The notes below the pieces were generated by a model. The model saw only the letters and a list, made by a program, of their open reading frames with translations, was not told where the DNA came from and searched no databases. A DNA stretch of 64,000 bases from a virus. The stretch's first letter is position 1, and the number at the start of each line of letters is the position of its first letter. Shown piece after piece: positions 49,951 through 59,400 of this stretch. The position numbers and the translations under genes were made by a program. The stretch lies in the IMG/VR virus record IMGVR_UViG_3300045988_057942, one strand, 5' to 3'.

Positions 49951-50466
49951 ATGGAAGATGATAAAAGAGTTAATTATAAGTTAGATGCTATTAATAAACT
50001 TATTAATAATCTTAAACTTAGTATTTCTGGTAATAAAGAACATGATGAGCTTGGAGAAAATAATGTTATAGTTAATCTTGATGAGATTAGTCAAAAGATT
50101 ACTGAATTACATGAAATGGTTAAAGCTGAATTTGATGAGTTTGAAAATCAACATAAAAGTGAATCAGATGAAACTCAAACTCTTCTTAATAGTCGTTTTG
50201 ATAAAGTTGATGCTAAATTAGATAGTATTAAAGCTGCTGTTGATAGTATGAAAACTACTATTGGTAATAAACTTGATACTGTTAATTCTACTATTAATAA
50301 AGCAAATACAGATATAGTTGCTGCGATTAATGCTATGAAAACTAGTAATGATACTAAAAACGATGCTATAATTACTGCTCTTCAAGGACTTGTAACTAAA
50401 GTTAATCGAAATACTAGTAATATTAATTCTCTTAACGGTCGAGTTGATGCTCTAGAACAAGCTTAA
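49951..50466 (+). CDS. Coiled-coil protein (171 aa). Fibre chaperone or assembly-like.
   Basis: ORF with heptad-like periodicity. Confidence 0.55.
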   Translation: MEDDKRVNYKLDAINKLINNLKLSISGNKEHDELGENNVIVNLDEISQKITELHEMVKAEFDEFENQHKSESDETQTLLNSRFDKVDAKLDSIKAAVDSMKTTIGNKLDTVNSTINKANTDIVAAINAMKTSNDTKNDAIITALQGLVTKVNRNTSNINSLNGRVDALEQA

Positions 50467-50467
50467 C

Positions 50468-51928
50468 ATGAATTTTAATTTAGTAGAAATGTATAATGGC
50501 TTGTTAAGATTTAATAAGCATATACTAAATGAACTTGCAGAAGGACTTAAACATCTACCTAATTTAGATGGAGTATCTAAAGGAGATAGTTTAATTATTA
50601 ATGAACAAGGTAATCCAGCTTGGGGTTCTGCTGCATTTATTCCTACTTTTGAAAATGCTGCTTATGGTATTGAATGGACTAAAGATGATAATGATATAAT
50701 CAGAATTGGTAATGCTAAATTTCATAGAGAACTTCCTATTCAAAATAGACTTAAAGGTTGTGTCTATAATGAAAAGAAAATCAGTTATTTCCTTAATCCT
50801 ACGGGTTGGGCTAAACCTCTTGAAAATGGTTTTGTTCCTCCTCTTGATGGAAGTGATGGCGATGTTGGGGTAAGAGTTCCAGAGTTTTATATGTGCGTTA
50901 AAGATACTGGTACTAAATATCAACTTTGGATAAGTGATTTTAATATTGATGGAACATTTACTAGAGTTCATCCTTTTATTATAAGTCATACTAAAACTAT
51001 GACTAGAACTAGAGAAGATGGTAAAGAAGAAGTATTTAGTGCTTGCATTAAACATGATAATACCAGATATTTAGGAGGAAATAAAAGTTCTTCTGTTGTT
51101 GCTACTAAATTACAAGGTAGACCTAGAACTGGTATTAATTATGATAAAGCAAATGAATTTTGTGCTAATCGCGGTGATTGGATTACAATGATTGATTATC
51201 TTGAATATTGTGCTTTACAGGCTCTTTGTTATATTGAGTATGCTAATTTTGATAATCAAGCTGCATTAAATACTAATTTAACTAGTGAAGGATTTAAACA
51301 AGGAGGTCTTGGTGCTGGTGTTACAAATTTAAATTGGGATAGATGGGCAGCTTTTAATGGTAATAATCCTATTGTACAAACTTATTGGACTGCTGAACAT
51401 AATATTGGTAATGGTAGTACAAATGGTGATCATTATGAACTAGGAAATTATAATGCAGATGGAAGTAATTTAAATACTTATCCTGCTGTTTATCGTGGTA
51501 TTCTAAATTTCTTTGGTGATATATGGACATTTGTTAGAGATGTAGCTATTATTAATAAAGATACAAATTATAATAGTGTTTATCTTCTTAAAAAAGGTGT
51601 TAATCATTCTGATATTACAATAGATAATATTCAAGATAAATGTTATTTTATAGGTGACCAAGCTAATACTAATAATTTTATTACTGAATTTGATTTTAGA
51701 TTTGGTCCTTATTTTGTTCCTAATAAAGTTGGAACTAATAAAAAAGCTGACTATAATTGGAAAAGAGGTAATGATGGACAAGATACAGATAAAGCTGTTC
51801 GTGTGCTTCTGCTTGGCGGTGACGCTCTTAACGGTTCTGCGGCTGGCTCTGGTTACTTTGGTTCTCATTGGGTTCGGTCGGCTTCTGATGCTGGTGTCGG
51901 CTTCTTTACCACAGTTAAGCTTGATTAA
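50468..51928 (+). CDS. DGR target protein (486 aa). Receptor-binding/tail fibre candidate with a C-terminal variable region of C-type-lectin-like composition (...GGDALNGSAAGSGYFGSHWVRSASDAGVGFFTTVKLD).
   Basis: Its 3'-terminal 105 nt match the downstream template repeat except at template-repeat adenines. Confidence 0.8.
   Translation: MNFNLVEMYNGLLRFNKHILNELAEGLKHLPNLDGVSKGDSLIINEQGNPAWGSAAFIPTFENAAYGIEWTKDDNDIIRIGNAKFHRELPIQNRLKGCVYNEKKISYFLNPTGWAKPLENGFVPPLDGSDGDVGVRVPEFYMCVKDTGTKYQLWISDFNIDGTFTRVHPFIISHTKTMTRTREDGKEEVFSACIKHDNTRYLGGNKSSSVVATKLQGRPRTGINYDKANEFCANRGDWITMIDYLEYCALQALCYIEYANFDNQAALNTNLTSEGFKQGGLGAGVTNLNWDRWAAFNGNNPIVQTYWTAEHNIGNGSTNGDHYELGNYNADGSNLNTYPAVYRGILNFFGDIWTFVRDVAIINKDTNYNSVYLLKKGVNHSDITIDNIQDKCYFIGDQANTNNFITEFDFRFGPYFVPNKVGTNKKADYNWKRGNDGQDTDKAVRVLLLGGDALNGSAAGSGYFGSHWVRSASDAGVGFFTTVKLD
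51803..51907 (+). repeat. DGR variable repeat (VR).
   Basis: 105-nt alignment to 52073-52177 with 22 mismatches. Every mismatch is at an adenine of the template repeat (17 to G, 3-4 to C, 2 to T). Confidence 0.8.
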
Positions 51929-51942
51929 ATAAGTCCACGTGG

Positions 51943-52018
51943 AACTGTTGCTAGGAGTAGTTGGTTAATTAATTTGTTTTCTGTTTTTGTATTTCTCGAT
52001 ACTACTCCTGCAACAGTT
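51943..52018 (+). other. Long hairpin/cruciform downstream of the VR. Arms AACTGTTGCTAGGAGTAGT (51943-51961) and ACTACTCCTGCAACAGTT (52001-52018). Analogous to the hairpin that enhances DGR homing.
   Basis: ~18-bp inverted repeat read directly, ~35 nt after the end of the VR. Confidence 0.6.
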
Positions 52019-52072
52019 TATTATAATAATATTAAAGGTTATATTTCTTAAGATGATTGACATTTAGATACA

Positions 52073-52177
52073 GTGCTTCTGCTTAGCAGTAACGCTAATA
52101 ACAGTTCTAAAGCTAGCTCTAGTAACTTTAATTCTAATTGAGTTCAGTCAGATTCTAATGCTAATGTCGGCTTCTTT
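52073..52177 (+). repeat. DGR template repeat (TR). Non-coding, contains an in-frame TGA. AAC/AAT (Asn) codons occupy the variable positions.
   Basis: See the VR alignment. Lies 150 nt upstream of the RT gene. Confidence 0.8.
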
Positions 52178-52327
52178 TATATAATTCCTAAAACTAATAA
52201 ATATAAGATTAATATAAATATTATTTTGGGAAGTATAACCTTACCTCTTGGTAAAAGATAACGTTATTTAGAAACTAAAAGTGTTGGTAGTGATATTTAC
52301 GAAGGCTCTTATATAAATTATATAAAT

Positions 52328-53278
52328 ATGAAAAGATATAGTGGTTTACATGATAAACTATGTACTATTGAAAATATTGAAGTTGCTGATGATAATGCAA
52401 GAAAGAATAAGAATAAGAAATATGGTATTAATAAACATGATAAAAATAGACAATATGAAAATGAAGATTTGGTAGATAAATTATTTAATCTTAAATATAA
52501 AACTTCTAAATATAGTCTATATAAAATATATGAACCAAAAGAACGTATTATTTATAGACTTCCTTATTATCCAGATAGAATTGCTCATCATGCTATAATG
52601 AATGTTGTAAAAGATATTTGGACAAAAAGTTTTATTCATAATACATATAGTTGTATTGAAGGTAGAGGTATTCATCTTTGTGCAAATAATCTTAAAAGAG
52701 ATTTAAGAAAATATCCTAACGAAACTACATATTGTCTTAAATTAGATATTAGAAAATTTTATCCTAGTATTCCTCATGATGGTCTTAAGAAATGTATTAG
52801 AAAGAAAATTAAAGATAAAGATTTTCTAATGATTCTTGATGAAATTATTGATTCTACTGATAATGTTCGTGATATTTCTTCTAAATTAACTAATAAGATT
52901 GGAATTGGAGTTCCTATTGGTAATTATCTATCTCAATACTTTGCTAATCTTTATCTTAGCGAACTTGACCATTTATGTAAAGAAGAACTTAAATGTAAAT
53001 TCTATTATCGTTATGCTGATGATATAGTTATTCTAAGTGATAATAAAGATTTTCTTCATAAAGTTCTTATTTATATTAAATTATATGTTCATACTATTGG
53101 ATTGAAAGTTAAAGATAATTATCAAATATATCCTGTTAATAGTAGAGGAATTAATTTTGTTGGTTATGTATTTTATCATACTCATACTCTAATTAGAAAA
53201 TCTATTAAGTATAAAATTATAAAACTAGTAAATAGTTATTTAAATAGAGAAATCGATAAAAAAAAGAATTTAAAGTGA
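52328..53278 (+). CDS. DGR reverse transcriptase (316 aa in frame 0). RT motif 2 is CLKLDIRKFYPSI. DGR-specific motif 4 is IGNYLSQYFANLYL (SQ in place of QG). Motif 5 is YRYADDIVIL (YADD). Motif 7 is INFVGY. It ends at a slippery A_AAA_AAG.
   Basis: All motifs are read in the translation. Adjacent to the TR/VR pair. Confidence 0.85.
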   Translation: MKRYSGLHDKLCTIENIEVADDNARKNKNKKYGINKHDKNRQYENEDLVDKLFNLKYKTSKYSLYKIYEPKERIIYRLPYYPDRIAHHAIMNVVKDIWTKSFIHNTYSCIEGRGIHLCANNLKRDLRKYPNETTYCLKLDIRKFYPSIPHDGLKKCIRKKIKDKDFLMILDEIIDSTDNVRDISSKLTNKIGIGVPIGNYLSQYFANLYLSELDHLCKEELKCKFYYRYADDIVILSDNKDFLHKVLIYIKLYVHTIGLKVKDNYQIYPVNSRGINFVGYVFYHTHTLIRKSIKYKIIKLVNSYLNREIDKKKNLK

Positions 53279-53625
53279 GAATGTGTGCTTATTATGGATG
53301 GCTTAAACACGCTGATGCTAAAAATCTTCTTTATAAAATTCAAAGTCTTACAGGTGTCAGATATTCTAATTGGAATGGTAAAAGAACTAATATTACTAAA
53401 TATTATGGTAAATACGTTAGAATAATTCAAATTATTAATTATGCTAAGTATTTTAGAATTAATTTTATTAGAAATGGTGAAGCTTATTACGCTGATAGTA
53501 GAGATAAAACTCTATTTTATTCTATACATAGATTTAATCATTTTCCTATTAATTTTAAAATTATTAAATATGACTGGCGTATTTATGCTAAAAATAGAAA
53601 AGAAAAAGTTAAACTTAAAACATAA
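53275..53625 (+). CDS. ORF (116 aa) in the -1 frame relative to the RT. It begins with ...YYGWLKHADAKNLL, which resembles the conserved C-terminal tail of DGR RTs. Probably the RT C-terminus reached by a -1 frameshift, or a split caused by a homopolymer error.
   Basis: The frame opens right after a TAA inside the A8 run, and the classic heptamer A_AAA_AAG is in frame 0. Resemblance to the DGR RT tail is recalled from memory, not searched. Confidence 0.45.
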   Translation: MRMCAYYGWLKHADAKNLLYKIQSLTGVRYSNWNGKRTNITKYYGKYVRIIQIINYAKYFRINFIRNGEAYYADSRDKTLFYSIHRFNHFPINFKIIKYDWRIYAKNRKEKVKLKT

Positions 53626-53631
53626 TATATT

Positions 53632-53913
53632 ATGACTAAAGATAAACTTAAAGATGATATTATTAGAACTATATGCTGTTTAAATAGTGATATATCTAAT
53701 AAAGATAGAAAATTATTAATTGAATTATTGAATTCTATTGTTGATTATACTAATAATACTGAACTTGAACAAGATGTTAAAGTTATAACACAAAAACATA
53801 ACGAATTAGCTGAAACAGTTAATGAACTTAAAACTAAAGTTGAAACATATTCTGATAAGATTAATGAACTTGAACAAAGAGTTCGTCAATTAGAAAACGC
53901 AAGTCAATCTTAA
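53632..53913 (+). CDS. Small coiled-coil protein (93 aa).
   Basis: ORF. Confidence 0.55.
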   Translation: MTKDKLKDDIIRTICCLNSDISNKDRKLLIELLNSIVDYTNNTELEQDVKVITQKHNELAETVNELKTKVETYSDKINELEQRVRQLENASQS

Positions 53914-53914
53914 C

Positions 53915-54619
53915 ATGGCTAGTCTTAATCAATTAGTTAGTGAATTTGCTCATGCTGTTGGCAATCCTAATAGTATTCCTCTTAGACGTAATCTTCGATA
54001 TGCTATTCTTCATGGTCGTAATGAACTAATTCGTAAAAGTTATGAAAATCATAAATATGTTGATAAAGGTTTGCAACAACGTATTCGTGTTTCTATTATT
54101 AATGTTCCTGATGGTGACCTATATAATAGTCAAACTCTTGGGCTTCCTGCAATTAAACGTACTAAACAAGAAGTTCCAAAGCCAGTTAGACTTATTAATA
54201 ACTTACCTTTCCAATCAATTAGAACTACCGGACATTCTGGGATAGAAATACCTTTTGCTAAAGAAGCTAGTGCTAAGTTTTATCATTATCTTGCAGGTAT
54301 GTGTAATCTTCCTGTTTATGATTATATTAACGGTTATATTTATTTCTTTAGTAATAATAAAGATTGGTTTCAAAATATAGGTTCTATTATTATTGAATCT
54401 CCATTTGAAATTCCTTATCTTGTTCCTACCGAAACTGTTGAAAAAGCTAAAGATGTAAATTATGACCCTATTGATGATGAAGCTAAATACGATGATGATG
54501 AATTTCTTATTCCTGAAGATATGATTGGGGCTCTTAAAGAAATTGTATTTAAACGTAATCTTATTGAAGTTCCTCGTCAAACAAATGAAACTCCTATTGA
54601 TAATTTTGTAACTAGATAA
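53915..54619 (+). CDS. Hypothetical structural protein (234 aa).
   Basis: ORF. Confidence 0.6.
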   Translation: MASLNQLVSEFAHAVGNPNSIPLRRNLRYAILHGRNELIRKSYENHKYVDKGLQQRIRVSIINVPDGDLYNSQTLGLPAIKRTKQEVPKPVRLINNLPFQSIRTTGHSGIEIPFAKEASAKFYHYLAGMCNLPVYDYINGYIYFFSNNKDWFQNIGSIIIESPFEIPYLVPTETVEKAKDVNYDPIDDEAKYDDDEFLIPEDMIGALKEIVFKRNLIEVPRQTNETPIDNFVTR

Positions 54620-54622
54620 ATT

Positions 54623-55585
54623 ATGATTAAAGATATAGATATTAGTCATTATTATAAAAAGTTTATTGAAACTTCTAATGACGATATGGCAAAATATAAT
54701 AAAGAACTTGAACTTATAAATAAGATGAAAGCTGATTGTCGTGCTTATATTAAAAGTAAAAATCAAGTTATTAAAGATGATTTAAAAATAAATCTTAATG
54801 AATATGGGTTTCAATTTCTTAATGATAATGTTGAATTAATTAATAAGTTAGAACAATTAATTAATAATCGACTTAGTTATACAGTTGGAGAAAGACGTAT
54901 TGTTCTTCTCCAACTTTTGCGTTATTGTAATTTAGCTAAAAAAGCAAACGATTATATTATTGCTCTTAAACTTGCTACAAGACGTTCTGAATTAAGTCTT
55001 TCTGATTATAAAAAGTATATTCATAGATATTATAGTTATGGTGTTCATAAATGTGTTCTTGAAGGCTATGCTTATCATTTTAAATATGAAATTGGTGACT
55101 TAGTTATTAATTTCTGGAGATATAGAGATAAACCTAGAGATACTTATGTTGATTGGAACGCTACTAGACTTAAGAAACAAGAAATTATTGATGCTGGTCT
55201 TAAACCTTATGATAAAGAAGAAGCAGAGATATATAAAATTCGTGGACTTAAATATGATGGTATTCCTTATGTAGTTTATAAAACTAATAAAGAGTTTTAT
55301 GAAATACAACTTATTAATAATGGAACTCATAGTTATAGTGCTATTAAATTTAAGTATGCTAATTATATTAATAGAGAGCTTCGTGGTAAAGATGCTAAAC
55401 AACTTAATTCTGAATGTAAAACTGTTGATGATATTTTTAATCTTAAATTAGGATTAAGAAGTAAACTTCTTGTTTATCTTGAACGAGAACCTAATGCTCC
55501 ATTTAAATATATTAGAAATGTTAATCAACAAAAGTATGAACGTGGAGCACATAATAATGGTAATAAAACTAGATATAAAAACTAA
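54623..55585 (+). CDS. Hypothetical protein (320 aa).
   Basis: ORF. Confidence 0.65.
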   Translation: MIKDIDISHYYKKFIETSNDDMAKYNKELELINKMKADCRAYIKSKNQVIKDDLKINLNEYGFQFLNDNVELINKLEQLINNRLSYTVGERRIVLLQLLRYCNLAKKANDYIIALKLATRRSELSLSDYKKYIHRYYSYGVHKCVLEGYAYHFKYEIGDLVINFWRYRDKPRDTYVDWNATRLKKQEIIDAGLKPYDKEEAEIYKIRGLKYDGIPYVVYKTNKEFYEIQLINNGTHSYSAIKFKYANYINRELRGKDAKQLNSECKTVDDIFNLKLGLRSKLLVYLEREPNAPFKYIRNVNQQKYERGAHNNGNKTRYKN

Positions 55586-55589
55586 TATT

Positions 55590-56486
55590 ATGGCAAATAA
55601 TAAAACGATTACGATAGAACATATAATTGGTAAACTTGATAATGATTTCAATCCTGATGGAAGTGATTGGATTCCTAGAGTTCCTGCTTGGTGTGTTGAT
55701 GCTATGAATGAACTTAAAGTTCTTCGTAAAGTTGATAAGAAAATGAAACTAACCGTCATTAATAAGATAGCTAAAAGTAAATGTTGTCTTATTGATGACG
55801 GTCTTAAAGTATATGATAGTAATGGTTGTGAAGTACCTAGAGCTGATACTAGTAAATATAGATGTGGTGATACTGAATCTGCTCCATCCTCTACGGGGGG
55901 TCAAGCGGAGGACGAAAGTCCGGAGCGTGCTACTAATAAAGACTATCTTGGCATGCCCGATGATTGTTGTCCTAATGGTTCTAGAACTAGAGAAGTTATT
56001 GATACTGGTAAAGTAGGATGTAATCCTGTTGTTTATACAGTTCATAATAATACTGAATGTCCAAGATGTCAGCATGAAGTTCATTCTCATTGTCAGACCC
56101 CCCGTGGAGGATATGATAAGTCAAATCATAATTATATTCTTATTGGAGGTAATACTATTGAACTTAATTTTAATGATACTTGTATAACAGTTGTTTATAA
56201 AGATATTGAAACTCAATATAGTGATAATTATCATTGTGAGATTCCTGTTATACCTGCTAATGGTAAATTAATTCAAGGTCTTACTTATTATTGTATGGCT
56301 CGTATGCTTATGAGAGGATATAAACATCCTGTGTTTAATCTTTCTGCTAGTCAATATGGAACTAATCCTTTCTATCTATGGGAAAGTATGAAGAAAGATA
56401 TTAAGACTAGTGTTTTGTTAGATGAACAAAGTGATGATGATAGTGGTTGGAATGAGTTCTTTTATAACTTTACTTTTCCTAAATAA
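55590..56486 (+). CDS. Hypothetical protein (~298 aa from MANNKTI; the track ORF starts upstream at 55470). Contains a convergent GC-motif pair flanking a Cys-rich, zinc-ribbon-like insert (CCPNGS...GCNPV...ECPRCQHEVHSHC).
   Basis: ORF. The Cys/His cluster is read in the translation. Confidence 0.6.
   Translation: MANNKTITIEHIIGKLDNDFNPDGSDWIPRVPAWCVDAMNELKVLRKVDKKMKLTVINKIAKSKCCLIDDGLKVYDSNGCEVPRADTSKYRCGDTESAPSSTGGQAEDESPERATNKDYLGMPDDCCPNGSRTREVIDTGKVGCNPVVYTVHNNTECPRCQHEVHSHCQTPRGGYDKSNHNYILIGGNTIELNFNDTCITVVYKDIETQYSDNYHCEIPVIPANGKLIQGLTYYCMARMLMRGYKHPVFNLSASQYGTNPFYLWESMKKDIKTSVLLDEQSDDDSGWNEFFYNFTFPK
55884..55927 (+). repeat. Composite GC element inside a gene: motif plus the 23-mer GCGGAGGACGAAAGTCCGGAGCG (SSTGGQAEDESPER).
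   Basis: Read directly. Confidence 0.7.
56095..56115 (-). repeat. GC-motif copy, reverse orientation (QTPRGGYD). Convergent partner of 55884.
   Basis: Read directly. Confidence 0.7.
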
Positions 56487-56488
56487 TT

Positions 56489-59400
56489 ATGAATATACAA
56501 AAGAAACTTAGTCTTAATAAACATCCGGGTGATTGTGTACCTTATTCATTAATTGCTGCTAAAAATGTTAAAGTGAGTAATGATGATAGGATGATTGTTA
56601 ATGAAGAAGGGCTTGAAGATTGTAAAGCAATTGCCAATGCTATTCATGAAGATGGTATTAATAATTTTAAAATAGTTGGTGTTATTCCTACTAGTACTGA
56701 ACTTATTTTATTTGTTATTAATGTAGATAATAATGAATCTTATATTTATAGATATAATGAAGAATCTTCTAGTTGTTATAGAGCAAACAGTAATTGGAAA
56801 TATAACGGCGGTAAGATTAAAGGAACATATACATATAATGTTAAAAATCATCTTATAATTGCTGTTGCCGAAAGTGATGCTTCTGTTGATGTTCCTCTTA
56901 AAACTATTAATATTGATTTAGATTCTGGAAGTCCTGATACTGAAATGTCTATTATTCCTCAAGTAACTTTACCCACAGTTAGTAATTTAAATTATGTTAG
57001 TGGAGCTGCTTATAAAGGATTTTATTTTATGTTTATTAGATATAAAATAGATAAGACTAATTATACTAAATGGTATAGTATTGGATTTCCTATTTTTAAT
57101 GATGTTATAATTCCACAAGTTATTAATAAAGTTTGTTTTCGTAAAGAGTTTGTTTATGATCCTAAAGATGACCCTAATGGATATTGCTATGGAAATAGTG
57201 ATTCTTTTAGTGATTCTAAAGATATATGTAATCAAACTTTTGAAGTAAGTATTACTGGTGGTCGTTCAGGACTTTATCAATTAGGACTTATTATATGTAA
57301 AAAAGATAGTACGCAAGCTTTTAGAACTGATGATTTAAATAGTAATATTTTTAAGTTTAGTAGAGATGTACTTGTGGAATATAATATAGCAGATTTAACT
57401 ACTGATTATTATAATTATTATAATGTTGGTAACATTATTAATTATAAAAATAGAATATATATTGCTAATTATGATGAAAAAAGTGATAATGATAATAGAA
57501 CTTTGAGTGATGGTAAAACATTAGAAGAATCTGTTAATGATATTGTTATTAAACTTAGAAATAAATCTGTTAATGCTTATTATAACAGTTATAATGTTGT
57601 ACATGCAGTTAGTGAAAAAGGACCTTATTTTAAAATGGCTAGTCTTGGATTTACTGGAACTGTAGATTATGAAATAGCTGATTATACTAAACTATTTAAT
57701 AATAATCAATATCCTTTTCGTACTTTTAAAACTCTTCTTAATGAAACTGTTATTCAAGGTATTGCTGCTCATGAATATTTAAAAGTTAATTATAATACTG
57801 TAATAAAAGTAGGTTCTAAAGGCGGAGCTAATATTAAAGAATATTTAGCATGTAATTGTTTTATTATTCCTACTAGTTATAAGTATGAAAATAATATATC
57901 TAGTTATAGTTTACCTAGTGAAGTTAAAATTGTTTGTTATACTTATAATGGTGTTGGATTTACAGAAGATGCTGTATTTACTAGCGGAGTTATAATATTT
58001 GGAACTGCTCAATTTGATATTGATAATTGTAAAATGAGAATTACTCATAGTGTAATTGATCCTTCTTATGATTTTAATGAACGTAAAAAGAATGATACTC
58101 TTATTCCTGGAGAAGTATATAATTTCTTTATTCATTTTGTTGATAAGTATGGTGATGCTAGTAGAGGATATAAATTATCTAATAAAGATAAATATATAAA
58201 TGATGTTATAAATGATAATTCTCATTGTACTATAATAACTGTTGATTGGATTAATGGTACTGCTGGTACTATTCCTTATTGGGTTGTAATTAGTGGAACT
58301 ATTCCAATATCTAGTATTAGTTCTAATGTTAAACAATATATTGCTGATAGTAAAATTGTAGTTTATACTGCTGAACCTATTAATAATCCTTTAACTAATA
58401 TTTTACTTAATAGTGCTGGCGAATTAGAAGCAACTAATAGAGATGATTTATATACTCTTATTTCTAATTATTTTATAGACTATCAAGATAAAGATAAATA
58501 TAATGATTTATATGTTTATCAAGTTATAAATAGTGGTAGCTATACTCCAACTAGTAATCAAATTATTTATGGCAATTATGATAATGAAGCTAAATTTGGT
58601 TATTATGAAAATATTAATGGTGATGAACTATTTAGAATACCAGATTTAATATTTAAATCTGAATCTATTGGCGGAGAACATACTAGAGGTTTTGTATATA
58701 ATATGAATGATACCTTTAATAAGTTCTATATTAATGTTAATATTGATAATAATCTTTGGAATAAAATAAAAGAATTAGGTTATGTTGGTTGGTTTGTTAG
58801 TTATGAAAAAGTAGAACCTATTACTAGATATACAGGATTATTAACTAGAAAAGATTTTGCTAATATAGCTAGTAATGTTACATGGCAAGAATCTAATTAT
58901 GCTGCTAAGCCAGGTTTTGTTTCTAATAATTATACTAGTGATAAATGTTATCTATATAGTGGTAGATTTGACATTGATGATACTATTAAATATGATTTTA
59001 ATATAATTCGTATTGATGGTAAATGTACATTTGAACCGTTTAGAGAAAAATCTGATGTTGTTGATATGGTTGTTAATACTACTTATCCATATAGTTATAA
59101 TATGCCTGTTATAGGAGTAATAAGTAGAAATGTATATAAACCTATTAATAATTATAAATTAGTAGTAGCTGATAGTATCGCAGATGATAGAGCTGGAAAA
59201 GGTACAGCATTAGAAATGGATGATTATAAAGAACTTTCTTTAGATGCTGAAACTATGTTTCTTGCTACTGTTCTTAATTGTACTAGAAATATTTATATTA
59301 ATAAAGAAAAAGAACTTATAAGACTTAATGATGTTCGTTATTCTAGTGGAACATATTCTATTGAACATGGATATAATGGTAGAATGACATATGATGGAGT

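Noticed and set aside
51654-51932. Overlapping ORF 51654-51932 as the DGR accessory protein (Avd)
   Set aside because: It overlaps the target gene out of frame and its translation is hydrophobic low-complexity. No convincing Avd-like ORF was seen between the target and the RT.
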